Assembly (NCBI RefSeq): GCF_001447785.1
Contig: NW_015160262.1
Span: 198,912 to 262,911, forward strand
Source: Gekko japonicus
Taxonomy: Eukaryota
Direction of reading: 5' to 3'
Length of the DNA stretch: 64,000 nucleotides
In this document: positions 1-11,745 of the stretch, one piece after another
Layout of the letters: each line of letters opens with the position of its first letter
Position numbering within the stretch: the stretch's first letter is position 1
Made by a program: the position numbers and the translations under genes
Notes under the pieces: generated by a model
Database searches by the model: none
Told to the model about the DNA's origin: nothing
The model's input: the letters and a program-made list of their open reading frames with translations, nothing else

Positions 1-646
1 AGCGAGGAGGGAACCGGGCAAGATCAACCCGCTTCCTTCTTGCATCAACATAATCTCTGTAGATTAGGTTACTATCTAGTATTTCCATCGGCATGCACAG
101 CTGACAATGAAGTCAGTTTCTCAGAGCCTTTCAAGCGGCAAATGTGTATCTTTGCGCCCATTTTAAAGCAAGATGGAGCTGAACAGACTCACAGCCTAGA
201 GCTTGTCATGAAAGTGGCGTTTACATGCCTGGGTTCCTCCTACGCACTGCCATTTCAATATGAAAGTATAAAAGAAGACTAGCTCTAGTTACAGATACCT
301 TCAAGGAAAGGTTAGAACACAATGGACTCCTACTACACCAAGTTAGTTTCTACCAGCAGGGCACGTATGAAGCTGCCTTCTACTGAATTAAACCATTGGT
401 CCATTAAGGTCAGTATTATCTACTCAGACTAGCAGCATCTCTCCAGACTTTCAAGTAGAGGACCCAAAGATTCAGTATTATCATTCCTAGTGAGGGTTTT
501 TAAAAACAAACAAGCAAAAAGGGATAAGACAGGGTCTTCCTGGCCCCAGGTGATAGGCAGAGGAGAGGAAATGTCCAAAGTTTCCTTCCCCACCAATACT
601 TAATGACAGCAGTATTTTCTGGAGAATAGAAGCATATACTACATAC

Positions 647-725
647 CAATTTGGAATCTCTGTTTTTACAAGCAAATACAGCAAGACCGAGAGGAGGTCA
701 TCAGCGCACATGGTCTCCATGTTAA
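647..725 (-). CDS. ANKRD27: ANKRD27 (VARP) coding exon 11, VPS9 domain: (V)NMETMCADDLLSVLLYLLVKTEIPN(W)
   Basis: AG/GT boundaries on the minus strand, 79 nt, in phase with the previous exon; peptide matches the recalled ANKRD27 VPS9 motif CADDLLSVLLYLLVK. Downstream exons lie outside the window. Confidence 0.95.
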
Positions 726-1565
726 CTGGAAAAAAGATTCACCATACAAGAACAGGAGTCACATTTAAGATAAATAAAATATTACACCCTCTCCCCCCTG
801 GAAAAGCTGAGATTCATTGCCTAACCATGACTGAAAGCTTGCATACCTAGGCAAAGCAACTACAATTCTATCTAGCAAGGTAGATTAAGGTCTTCATAGC
901 AGCATAAGTTAAGAATAACAGAGCAACATATTGCAGCCTCAGCTCCAAGCTATTTTATGCAACAGAAGGAACCTCAGAAACAGACTTCTGCATGGTGTGG
1001 GTTGGGTTCAGCAACAGGCCAAGACTGGATCCAGAGACCAGTTGCTACGAGTAACAAGGACACCTTCTGTTACCATCCAGGGAGTGCTGAACTCAATTCG
1101 CTAAACCGCTTCTTTAATACTGACCAGTGTTTTTCCACCCTCACAATTTTGGGATGCTGTTTCTTTTCTGAACCCATCAAAAAGGTACAGAAAATGCATT
1201 AACATTCATATTATCAGGCGTGTCTATCCTCAGAATGGCTCATATCAAATTCTTCTGCCAAATGGTTTACTGAAAAATTAGTTAGGCAGCTTGTGTTCCA
1301 GTGAGTGGAGAGTCTACTATATTCCCGCTACCTGTGGAGCACCAGAACAAATTTCTTCTATTTTTGGGCATTAATTTCTAACTCAACTATGTGATGTCTC
1401 AAGCCGAAAAAGATTTCCTCCCCTAGAAGCAGCAGACCAGTGGCAGAATGGTGATGCTCTACGAAAGAAGTATCTCAGTAACGTTTAGGACAACCAGAAA
1501 ATAATTTTTTGGAAGATTATGGGACACCTTCCCAGAAAGGGAAGCCACCATTAGACCCCATACAG

Positions 1566-1828
1566 CAGGTATGTCCAACAGGTAGATCACGATCTATCAG
1601 TAGATCGCGGAGGGGTCAGAGGTAGATCACCAGCCCCTTACTAGTAAATGACAGAAGGTGCATTATAAATTGGGGGGGGGGCCGGTGGAACCCAACTTTA
1701 GTGGGTTAAAATCTAATTTGAAACTAATTTGAAACTTTATTTACATGGTTTCATTGAAACTATTTTCATCACCGGCACTTTTGGCAGGAAAAAATAGATC
1801 ACTACCTGTTTGAAGTTGGACATGCCTG
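1566..1828. mobile_element. hAT-type MITE
   Basis: TIRs CAGGTATGTCCAAC / GTTGGACATGCCTG; TSD CCATACAG/CTATACAG. Confidence 0.85.
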
Positions 1829-2502
1829 CTATACAGTGTATTTGCTCCAAAACATTGATGCATCTTTTTTTTTTCCCTTTATTGAATTACTTCACGTTAG
1901 CATAGAGAGTTGTGGTGTACCAATGAAGAAAGGGCTTATGCACCCTGCATAGAAGGACAGAGCTTGTTATTTCAAAGGTTTTAGTTAAAAAAGCAACAAA
2001 CACAACTTTTTCAGTATCCAGTTAGAACTCCTGTAAAATACGCTACATTTCTCAAATGCAGAATAGCTATTAAATGTAGTGCTGAGTTCAGGATTCCACT
2101 GCTTGAAGACCTCAGCACTTACTTTAAAGCAAGTTCATGAGCACACATGGTCCTAAAAGGTTATGTGAGCAGTGGCTACTCAATCTCAGAAATGCAAACA
2201 GCTGCTGTACGAGGTTTGTAATGGCCAGGGGCTTCCTTCACCATGACTAGCAAAAACAGGATTTGAGCAGATATTCTTCCTACCTACATATGAAGTTGTA
2301 TAAATTATAACTAGCAATGCTTAGCCAATTGGAAGTTTGAAACAGGGTGACCCCTGCTTAATTGAGCAGCAGATTTTGTTAAAAAAAAAGGTACGAAAAG
2401 CACCGTTTCAGATGCATTCCCTGTCTGCCCCATGCCAAAAGAGAACGTTTTAAAGACAAAATATGACTTTTTCTTTAGGTATCTCACTTTACCCATACAA
2501 AC

Positions 2503-2745
2503 TTTGGTGTAATGGTTAAGAGCAGCGGACTCTAATCTGGAGAACCAACTTTGATGCCGCACTTCTCCACATGCAGCCAGCTAGGTGACCTTGGGTCAGT
2601 CACTGTTCTCTCAAGAACAGTTCTCTCAGAGCTCTCTCAGCTCCACCTACCTCACAGGGTGTCTACTGTGGGGAGAGGAAATGAAGGAGATTGTAAACCA
2701 CTCAGACTCTAAGCGAAGGGCAGGGCATAGATTCAACTCTTCTTC
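2503..2745 (+). mobile_element. Squam3-type (gecko) tRNA-derived SINE
   Basis: TTTGGTGTAATGGTTAAGAG head, GTGACCTTGGGTCAGTCAC, CCTACCTCACAGGGTG, TTC-type tail. Confidence 0.8.
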
Positions 2746-2992
2746 TAAACTTAAATTAATCAGCAGACGAATGTGTGTGGGACAGAGCGAACTACTCCCA
2801 GTTTCATCAAGCCCTTTCTGTTTTATTTGAACCATCTTTGCAGTACTTCCTAGGACGCAGCTAAATACTGGATTAACCAGTGCCAGGTACAACCCTTGTA
2901 CAGCTATCTATATTTTACACTTTTCATCTCAATACAAGCATCGTACTCTGACTCAAACATTTAAGATGTTCTGGCTCAAGGCAAGCTCAAGT

Positions 2993-3070
2993 GACAATAG
3001 GCAAAAAGCAACTGAAGCGTTCCATTTTTGAGACAATAGGCAAAAAGCAACTGAAACGTTCCATTTTTGA
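2993..3070. repeat. 39-bp tandem duplication
   Basis: GACAATAGGCAAAAAGCAACTGAA(G/A)CGTTCCATTTTTGA twice, one mismatch. Confidence 0.92.
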
Positions 3071-3136
3071 GAAGCACGGAGAGCGGTTTCAAGCACAGCG
3101 GCGATCATGTACTATTTCGTCGTCATGGTTACCAAC

Positions 3137-3258
3137 CTCTTTGACTTGGAGACTGCATTATGATCTGCACCACTTTTCGCAGACAGAGGAGCTTCTGTTG
3201 AGGAGAGGTACACTTATTCAGCTGGCCCAGTTCTCGCTTGGCACGTGGTATGTTGAAG
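3137..3258 (-). CDS. ANKRD27: ANKRD27 coding exon 10: FNIPRAKRELGQLNKCTSPQQKLLCLRKVVQIIMQSPSQR
   Basis: ccag|...|gttggt boundaries, 122 nt, phases fit neighbouring exons; near-identical to recalled human ANKRD27. Confidence 0.95.
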
Positions 3259-3859
3259 CTGGAAAGCAGGTTGTCAAAAGAAAAAGAAATTGTACAGTGC
3301 TCAGAAGGTATAGCCACTAGAGGTTTGATTATTTGACATCACACCCCAAGACCATGGGAACAGTCAAGTACTGAGTTTTCACCAAGCTTACTTTAAGACT
3401 GAGCTGCTGCTAAAAGTACAGCTCTGGTAATGCTCAGAGTATGAGCTATAGCACAAGCCTGTGTCTAAAAGACCTGCGCTTATCAAGATTATGCACTGGT
3501 GTGCATCCAGAGCTGTGAGACCTCTTTCATTTGCTGCTGCAGCAGATATGTTTCTTCTTAGGCTCAAGGCAGGCAGGAACAGGTTACCCTCAGCCCTTCA
3601 AAAATAAACGTATGGCTTGTTAAGCCACCATCTCCTGTGAAGGCAACTAAAGTACATGGACCGTGGTCCCCAAACTGGAACGTTTGTTCTTGAGAATGGA
3701 ACACAAAGTATATAGCAGCAGCATGACAAAATCTAGGTGCTCTCTGAAAGAGAAAGCAGGTCTGGCTACTAGCTGTCCTGGCTGACATCCCAGCTACTTC
3801 CCAGACAACCTGGGCTGGGTGGGAAAGCCTTGAAAGGAGGTGGGTGTGTTCTAGCTCAC

Positions 3860-3936
3860 CTGAATTCAGGCTTGACGCCAAGATCTTTCTGCTGCAGATC
3901 CTGCAGACTTCTTGTGATTTTGTTGAAAGCCGCATC
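3860..3936 (-). CDS. ANKRD27: ANKRD27 coding exon 9: DAAFNKITRSLQDLQQKDLGVKPEF(S)
   Basis: ctag|...|gtgagc, 77 nt; manual translation matches ANKRD27. Confidence 0.95.
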
Positions 3937-4097
3937 CTAGTGAAGGGATACAGAGAAAGCCGTTTAATACAGCAGTGAGAAGCAGCTCTTCTGGGCGCAC
4001 CTTGGAGACTTTCTGTATATTTCCCCTAGTACAACTACAATTAAGGACAGATACAAATTCTCCAAGGTAGAAATGCTCAGAGTGGGGGGCGGGGGAC

Positions 4098-4345
4098 TGG
4101 ATTTATACCTTGCCTGGAGTCTCAGGGGCTTACAAACTCCTTTCCCTTCCCCTCCCCACAACAGACACCCTGTGAGGTAAGTGGGGCTGAGAGAGCTCTG
4201 ACAGAAACTGCTCTTTCAAGGACAGCTCTGACAGAACTTTGACAGAACCAAGGTCATCCAGCAGCTGCAAGTGGAGGAGTGGGGAATCCAACCCGGTTCT
4301 CCCAGATTAGAGTCCGTGCACTTAACCACTACACCAAACTGGCTC
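4098..4345 (-). mobile_element. Squam3-type SINE
   Basis: Reverse complement of the same family. Confidence 0.8.
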
Positions 4346-4452
4346 TTTAAGTGCCACATGACAAAGTGAATTTTATTTTCTGGTCCTAGAAAGAGAATGC
4401 AAGATGACTGAGGACAGCCCTCTTGGTGAAACGACTGATGGAGGACACCTAC

Positions 4453-4518
4453 CTCGCTTGCCTCAATGGTTCCCACGTATTTAAAGATCAGATCATAAAG
4501 AGAATGGTGGACATACAT
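4453..4518 (-). CDS. ANKRD27: ANKRD27 coding exon 8: MYVHHSLYDLIFKYVGTIEASE
   Basis: ccag|...|gtaggt, 66 nt, phase 0/0. Confidence 0.95.
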
Positions 4519-4556
4519 CTGGGGGGGGGAAGCATACATAAATTAAAGGTTAGATA

Positions 4557-4868
4557 CAGGGGTCGTTTCGTAGAAAAAGAGCTAGGGGAACTCATTAGCA
4601 CAACTCATTAGCATATGCCACACCCCCTGACATCACCAGAAGTGTGTCATAAGGCCACCCCCCCTGACATCACCAGAAGTGTGTCATAAGGCCACGGGGT
4701 GGGGAGAGGCAGGGAGGAAGCAACTTACCCTCCCTCTTCTCCTGCCTCCTCCTGGCTGAATGAGGGCCGGAAGCGGGGCGGCCGGAAGCAGGGGGCGGGG
4801 CTTCATCATGTGCCCCACCCCCCGTACCTCACCTGGGGGAACTGCGATGCCCCCCGAAATGACCTCTG
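4557..4868. mobile_element. hAT-type MITE in ANKRD27 intron 7
   Basis: TIRs CAGGGGTCGTTTC / GAAATGACCTCTG; perfect TSD GTTAGATA at 4549-4556 and 4869-4876. Confidence 0.87.
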
Positions 4869-5116
4869 GTTAGATACTAAACCCACCCTTCAATTAGGAA
4901 GTTCAGGGTCACAGTGGCTCTCTTCCCATCTTGAAGTAGATTAAGCCAAGGTACCGCAAGTGCCTCAGGATCTCTTGGTAAAGAAGGCCAAAGTTCAAAA
5001 AAATCCCCTCGGCTGTAAAGCTTTGTGAAATCCAATACGGCAGGCACTGCAACTGCTCCCATGCCGAGTAATTCTGAAATCCCCCCTCCCAAAAAAACCC
5101 AGAAGTTTCCACTTAC

Positions 5117-5170
5117 CTCTACAGCTTGTTTCATCAGATTCATTTGATGTTCCTGCTTCGCAAGCATCCT
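5117..5170 (-). CDS. ANKRD27: ANKRD27 coding exon 7: RMLAKQEHQMNLMKQAVE
   Basis: ttag|...|gtaagt, 54 nt, phase 0/0. Confidence 0.95.
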
Positions 5171-5259
5171 CTAAATATGGAAGAGGGAAAAGCAACATTA
5201 AGCACACTTAGTCTAAAAGGTAGCAGCTCACTGTATGTCTATAATCCATCGGCACTCAC

Positions 5260-5319
5260 ATGGTGGGAGTCTCTCAGTAACTGCTGGATGCATTTGGTGT
5301 ACAGTGCATTTACAGAATC
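5260..5319 (-). CDS. ANKRD27: ANKRD27 coding exon 6: DSVNALYTKCIQQLLRDSHH
   Basis: ttttttcag|...|gtgagt, 60 nt, phase 0/0. Confidence 0.95.
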
Positions 5320-5607
5320 CTGAAAAAAGAAAAAGCGTGGAGTTCTTCACAAGATGCTTATCAAGGGGAAGCATTAAAAATAAACAAAATAAGCATGCAG
5401 AAAGGAGCAGAATAAGCCTGACACTTGAACTGGGTGTACTTGTAGCCCATTCCTCGAGAAACCACAGGTTCTAAACTCCAGCTTAAGAAGTTTTAGTTCA
5501 CATGGCCACAGAGTTTATTTGCAGTGATCCAAAAAAAAAGTTCTGGGCTCGATCCACATATTCCCTTGTGCTAGATGTTTCTTTGATGGAAAAAGTTCTC
5601 CACCAGA

Positions 5608-5838
5608 GTGAGAGGCAGTGGTGTGTAGGGGTTAGTGTGTCTGACTGGGATATGGGAGACCTAGGTTCAAATCCCCTCTGCCATGCAGGTTTGCTGGGTG
5701 ACCTTTTGGCCAGTCACGCTCTCAGCCTAACCTACCTCACAAGGTTGTTGTGAGGATAAAATGAATGGAGAGGGGAATGAGGTAACTCACTTACAGTCCT
5801 CATTGCTGGGAAAAGTGGGGTATAAATGAAGAAAAAAA
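5608..5838 (+). mobile_element. Squam3/MIR-like SINE
   Basis: tRNA-like head with GTTCAAATCC B-box; CTCAGCCTAACCTACCTCACAAGGTTGTTGTGAGGATAAAATG core. Confidence 0.75.
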
Positions 5839-6137
5839 AACTTAAGACTGACATGCACCATGTTCCCATCCTACAATTTACGCTCGCAACACCCCTCCCT
5901 TAGGAAGGTTAGGCTGAGAGAGCAAGTCCGCCCCAATGTGGCCTAATGAGCTTTATATCCAAGATTTGAACACAGCTCTCTCCAGTCCTAGCCAAACACT
6001 GCAGCGTGGCTATACCATACCAGCTCTCTAGAACCTGTACAAGATTCACAGCCTTGTCATTGTCATTATTATACCAGGCAGGTGAAGAAAGACTTACACC
6101 ATGCAATCCAAGCGAAACCAGACATTGAAATACTGAC

Positions 6138-6292
6138 TATGTAGTGCCGCAGACTTTTCCTGTCATGCTCCTTGAAGGTCCTGTGGAAAGATGCAATCGC
6201 TTTGTCAAACTTCTCAGCGTGCTTTCCCAAGAACTCCTTCACATCTTCAGTAGTTTTCAGGGAATAGGAATTCGATGGCGTCAAGGACTCTT
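6138..6292 (-). CDS. ANKRD27: ANKRD27 coding exon 5: (E)ESLTPSNSYSLKTTEDVKEFLGKHAEKFDKAIASFHRTFKEHDRKSLRHYI
   Basis: tttcag|...|gtcagt, 155 nt, phase 1/0. Confidence 0.95.
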
Positions 6293-6619
6293 CTGAAACA
6301 AGAAGACAGCGTGCAGAAAAGTCGCCAATCACTTTTAGAATTATACAAGCCAGACACACTACAGACATTTTTAAGGATTCCCGTATTGATGAAGTAATGG
6401 AGGGAGGTGGGGAGAACGGCTCTTCCTGGTCTCTGAAAGTGAAGTTTACTATGAGATTTTTCACTTAAACCTGCTAGGGTGAACCCAGTGTTCCTCATTC
6501 CCCTGGTTCACAAGGTGTTTCCAGGCCTCCCTTATTATGTCCCCTAATCAGGCTATTAAAAGGTAGACTATTGAAAGGGGAGGGAAATAGTTGACCAAGA
6601 CACGGGTGTCATTACTCAC

Positions 6620-6776
6620 CTACAGTTTCATTTTTCTCTAGAGAATGAGCTATGCATAGGATACTGAAACTCTCCTCTCGCTCATTGTAGAAAGTTTCCT
6701 CAAAGAGAACAGGTACTGAGCTACGATGATTAAAGCCAGTCCCCAGTACAACCAGATTTCCTTGTATGGAGATTTC
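6620..6776 (-). CDS. ANKRD27: ANKRD27 coding exon 4: [52 protein letters not shown]
   Basis: ttgtag|...|gtgagt, 157 nt; conserved [12 protein letters not shown] motif. Confidence 0.95.
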
Positions 6777-7021
6777 CTACAAAGAGACAAGAGAAATGGT
6801 CAAGAGAGCATTTTAACGTCTTCTGTATATAAAGCAATAGGTATTGCAAGTAATCCAGACGTGAACACACCAAAATACCCTCTACAATGCCATGTTGATG
6901 ACATTTTGCAGTGTTTAACTAAAGGGCAAATTTAAACATGGGTTTTAGGATAGGAATGGTTAGGTTTTCCTCCTGGGGTTTAAATTATTACGCCTGAATT
7001 CTGTTTACAGTTCATTTATTC

Positions 7022-7340
7022 CAGGGATTCCCAACCTTTTTGAGCCTGTGGGCGCCTCTGAAGTTCTGACGCAGTGTCAGGGGCGCAGCCACAAAATGGT
7101 TGCCACCAGAAGTAGAAGTAAGCTACAAAAGGGCTGGCATGGTGAAGATCCTTTTGCTGTGGTAGCAGCTGCCACCAAAGCAACACCTGTAAAAATCTGC
7201 ACAGCCAACCAGATCTCCAGTGGCCAAACAGGTGAAAGCCCCACCTAGTCCCACCCACATTCTAGAAACATTTGGTGGGTGCCATGAAAGGTGCTGGAGG
7301 AGACCATGGCATCCTCAGGCACCATTGTTTGGGACTCCTA
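7022..7340. mobile_element. hAT-Charlie-like MITE
   Basis: CAGGGATTCCCAACCTTTTTGAGCCTG start and degenerate TTTGGGACTCCT end; related to 60968-61143. Confidence 0.65.
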
Positions 7341-7441
7341 TTCACGGAAGCTAGTGAGGTCACATTAGACCACGCAGGGCTTAAGCAGCTGCCACTGTTG
7401 ATACGAGATTTGTTATAATGGTGTTATTAACCACTATGTAC

Positions 7442-7552
7442 CTTTCCATTCAAAGTCTGGAAGTTCTCTTCTGCTGGTTGGAGAACATAAGAGTCAAACT
7501 GGCAAGATGAGAGAATGCTGCTTGAAAGGCTTCCTCTGCATGGAACCAGGAC
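7442..7552 (-). CDS. ANKRD27: ANKRD27 coding exon 3: [37 protein letters not shown]
   Basis: ctttag|...|gtacat, 111 nt, phase 0/0. Confidence 0.95.
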
Positions 7553-8868
7553 CTAAAGAAGCAGTAAAAACACAATCAGGGGAGCACATACCAAACCTAG
7601 ACCCATATTTTGCTAGGGCACGCTATTAAGATAAAATGCACTCAGGCAGCTATGCAACGCAGACCATGTCCTAGCACAACAGTTACCTGCTAAGATGTTT
7701 GCGTCAGTCACTACTAGAAAAGAATGCAGGTGCACATCATGCTGCATTGCACAATGGCTTCCAAAACAAACCATCTACTTTCTATCTTAACTCTTTGGCA
7801 CCGCCATAAAAGGGTCAGTTGCAGACAGGAGATGCCAATAAAGAGCTCACGGAAAACAGTAAAATAATCAACACCACCATCCAAACCACCCTGAAAGCAA
7901 TAACTATGACAACAGTTAAAAATAGCAGCACAAAAATCCTTGGTAGTTCTTAACACCAACTGAAGAAACATCATTAACAAATGCAAAGTGGAATCCAGAA
8001 CTCCACCCCCCCCTTCCACAAATCCTAACCCACCAAAAGAATGGACATACAGGACAGACTGGTACTCGATATCAACACACACACCCTCCAAAAAAAAATC
8101 ACCTGGCAAAACACTTTATATGTTAAATTAGACCCACTGGCCCAGCTAGCCAGGTAATACAGATCAAACAACAGCTCTCCAGTCTTGGCACAGAACACAG
8201 AACTTCTGCAGTCAAATCATGCCGTCTACCACTAAACCATAAAAGCTTCACAGGGTTCGTGGGGATCTGCTGTCCTGGAATCTCATGTATGCCATTACGT
8301 AACCATGAGCTCAAGAGGGAGCTCCACAAATTGGACAAAAAGACCAAAGAGGCATTTTCTCTGGTAGAAACCTGCTTAACTACTGAAGGCCAGAAAAGTT
8401 GCAAATATACTGGCCTTGTACAACAGAGGTGGCCGCTGAAATTTTAAGTCTTCACACAGTGGGAAACCACTGGAAGTATCAGCATTGCACCAGGGCAATG
8501 TTCTAGCACTTCACCAGAAATTCCACAGAGTTTTGGGTGAGTGCTAGGGCACCGCTCCAGTGCGATGTTGGCACTTCCAGGTTGCACCAGAAGTGACATC
8601 ACTGCACAGTGATGAAGATTGCCTCTCCCATATTCCTACCAACTGCATACAATCTCCACGTAATACACTGCCAGTTATCTCCAGCAATGGCATACAAATA
8701 TGAACTCAGCAGTATGCTCTGGTCTTTAACACTGTAACTCTGTACATGGACAGCTACCACAGGGAAGGGACATTTAGTTAAGTGTTCAAATTGCCCCAAA
8801 GAACATGAAATTCTACTTTCTGGAATTTACAGAAACACCATATCCTGAAGGCACAGGACTTTACTTAC

Positions 8869-8970
8869 AATTCCATGCACTTCAGCCACTTTCCTGCAGA
8901 GATCAGGACGTCGTTTCTGAAGAGCTAGATAAAAAGGATTCTTCAGGAGGTCTTCATCATACACAGCCAT
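8869..8970 (-). CDS. ANKRD27: ANKRD27 first coding exon (exon 2; acceptor at 9008-9009, exon starts 9007): [34 protein letters not shown]
   Basis: ATG at 8970, donor gtaagt below 8869; matches the recalled ANKRD27 N-terminus [19 protein letters not shown]. Confidence 0.96.
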
Positions 8971-8986
8971 ATGGGCCAGCCTTCAA

Positions 8987-9349
8987 GTACCCCAAAACAG
9001 AGACTCTCTGAATAGAAAAAGGGAAAGGGTTATTTTCACTCTCCACCACCCCCCAAAAAAAAATGTGTGTCAGGGAAAACAGACAATGATTTCACAACGT
9101 CTTGATCCATAAGCTGCTATTCTGCTGCTTCTCGTAATTCAGTTAAGTCTTGTGACTGGAAAACCCATTCAGTACCGAATTTGTACCCCAAAACAGAGAC
9201 TCTCTGAATAGAAAAAGGGAAAGGGTTATTTTCACTCTCCACCAAACAGACAATGATTTCACAATGTCTTGATCCATAAGCTGCTATTCTGCTGCTTCTC
9301 GTAATTCAGTTAAGTCTTGTGACTGGAAAACCCATTCAGTACCGAATTT
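8987..9349. repeat. tandem duplication (196 bp + 167 bp) covering the ANKRD27 exon-2 acceptor
   Basis: 8987-9182 and 9183-9349 are near-identical apart from a 29-bp indel. Confidence 0.93.
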
Positions 9350-10307
9350 CCCTGAAGGGACAGGGCCCACCACTTTGATCTAGAATTAGCCAGAGTCTAC
9401 CAGCCAGATTTGATACTACGAAATTCTCACCTTCAGTGTAAATAAGCATTCCAAAAATCCCACTGGCTGGATACAGAACATAGCTATAGCATTACTTTTG
9501 CCCACAATGGTCATTTTGAAACACTGTTTAGGGTTTCCACATAAATCTGAACTCCTACAGAATGCTCATTTATTTATTTAATTTAGTATTTATAGCCCGC
9601 CCCTTCCTGCAAGTGCGCTCTGGACGGGTAACAACATTTGAGTAACAATTAAAAGTAATAACATAATAATAAGCCGTAAAATGGAGGTCACAGTTCAAAC
9701 AGAAAATAGCTGGCTGCGAAAGGTTCCCCGTCCTGTTGGTGATAGCTAACTGCTGCCGGGTGGTGACAGTATCTCAGGGAGGCCATATTCCACCGTTGCC
9801 TCATCCGAAGGCCTGGTGGAACATACTTTCAGCAACAAGGTATTTAGTAGCTGGAAGCGAGGGCTCATTTTTTTCCCCCATGTCACTAGACTCCCAAAGA
9901 ATTTCTCAATTATGTATCTGCATTTTCAATATACAGAAACTTTCATCATGAAAGCCTCCCAAATAATGCAATGCCTCTAAACTATTTTATGAGAGAAAGA
10001 TGCTTGCCAGAACTAATATAAATCATACCAAAGACATCAGTCCCTAAAACAGCAGGTTGTGAAGAAGCCCCCACCACTCCAGGTGCAAAAACCTGAAGAC
10101 ATTTCTGCCCACCATGGAAAAGAGCAAGTGAAAGAGGAGAAACTCACACTGAGGTACCGCATTTCCTGAAACACAAACTCTTACAAACTAACAAAGTTTA
10201 AGTGGAGTGGCACCTTTAAGACCAAAAGAGTTTAATTCTGGGTATAAGCTTTTGTTTGCATTTCGTGTGTCTGTTGCTTCAGACCAACATAGCTACTTGC
10301 CTGAGCC

Positions 10308-10737
10308 CAGGGCTATTTTTGGGCAGGAACGCACAGGAACGGAGTTCCAGCTGGCTTCAGAGTTGACCACACCCACTACAGCCAAAACCTCTGTGTGGGT
10401 GGCTACAGAAGGAAGGCCTGGAGTGGCTGCAGGCATGTGTGCCGGGTGTCACGGCAGGACCAGGGGGCGTGACCCCCCCGCGACTCTGAGGCAGGGGGGC
10501 CAGGGCCCCCCCTGGAAGGATAGGGGAGGCATTTAAATGCCTCCCTATGCCTTCCCCAGCCTGTCCAAGGGCTGGCTTGCCCGGGCAAGTCAAGGGAAGG
10601 CATGGGGGTGTGGCTTAACATGCTAATGAGCTGTGCCACCAGGGGCGTGGCCTAATACGCTAATGAGTTTCTGCTTTTGGGTATGGCCTATTATGCTAAT
10701 GAGTTCCTGCTGGGCTTTTTCTACAAAAAAAGCCCTG
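10308..10737. mobile_element. hAT-type MITE
   Basis: TIRs CAGGGCTATTTTT / AAAAAAAGCCCTG; TSD CCTGAGCC/CCTGAACC; repeated subterminal GCTAATGAG motifs shared with 4557-4868. Confidence 0.85.
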
Positions 10738-11032
10738 CCTGAACCTATCTTACAAACTAAGTTAGTTCTGAGTTATTTCACTCCTATTAGAGCTGCACTG
10801 ACCACAATGATACTGATGGGCTCAGACAACTTTGCGCATCTGAGCAAAGCCTTCGGAAGATGCACCCTGCAAAGCAGTAAGATCAACAGCTGCCAATACC
10901 CAAACCTTCTCTGCTGAGCCTTTCCCAGGCAGCACAGGTGACAAGACTAGGAAGCCCATGCTTGTAGCATTCCACAAAAAGTGTAAAACAAACATTTCCA
11001 GGAAGACTTCTTTTTATATGCATATATACAAT

Positions 11033-11377
11033 GGAGCTGCGGTGGCTCAAGTGGTTAAGACGCTGAACTGAAGGGTGTGGAAGGTCAGTAGTTCAGCAGT
11101 TCAAGACCCGGGTGCCGCAAGACAGGGTGAGCTCCTGTCTCTAGTTCCAGCTCCTGCCAACCTAGCAGTTCGAAAGCAAGAAATGGCAAGTAGATAAATA
11201 GGTACCACTTCGGTGGGAAGGTAACAGCGTTCCATGCGCCTTCGTGTTTAGTCATGTCGGCCACATGACCACGGAAAACGTCTTCGGACAGCGCTGGCTC
11301 TTCGGCTTTGAAACGGAGATGAGCACTGCAACCCTAGAGTCGGATTCGACTGGCTTTCGAGCAAGGGAACCTTTACC
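11033..11377 (+). mobile_element. Sauria SINE
   Basis: tRNA-like head (GGTGGCTCAAGTGGTTAAG), core CTCCTGCCAACCTAGCAGTTCGAAAGC...GTAGATAAATAGGTACC, ACCTTT tail. Confidence 0.9.
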
Positions 11378-11745
11378 ACACACAATGAGAACAGGGTGGT
11401 AATTTCAGCATCGGGGGGGGGGAATCAGGATTTTTTTGGGGTGCAACATTATAGTACCATTGTACTCTAGTTTTGTAATCCAGTTTGCTGCATATATTAT
11501 ACCAATTTTGCATTGTATACTAGTTCTGCAACCTGCCTTGACTCCCAATAAGAAAGGCAGACTGCATATGAAGTAAACGAAATTTAAAATACAGCAAGAC
11601 TGGAAGTCAGACTCAAGAATTGCAGCAAGGCAAACAGGAGAGGAGTTTACTGCCTCTGGCCATGCTTAAGAACAAAGTGTGTTCCTAAGTACTCCAAAAA
11701 AACCTTCAGCGGTACAATCTTCACACTGTCAGACGTTACTGTGAT

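Noticed and set aside
1-646. Next ANKRD27 exon (MANLSYIKNF) or an intronic snoRNA near the left edge
   Set aside because: No matching peptide or convincing box motifs seen; the next exon probably lies outside the window.
11033-11120. tRNA genes at Sauria and Squam3 SINE heads
   Set aside because: A/B-box-like heads run directly into SINE bodies and there is no complete cloverleaf.
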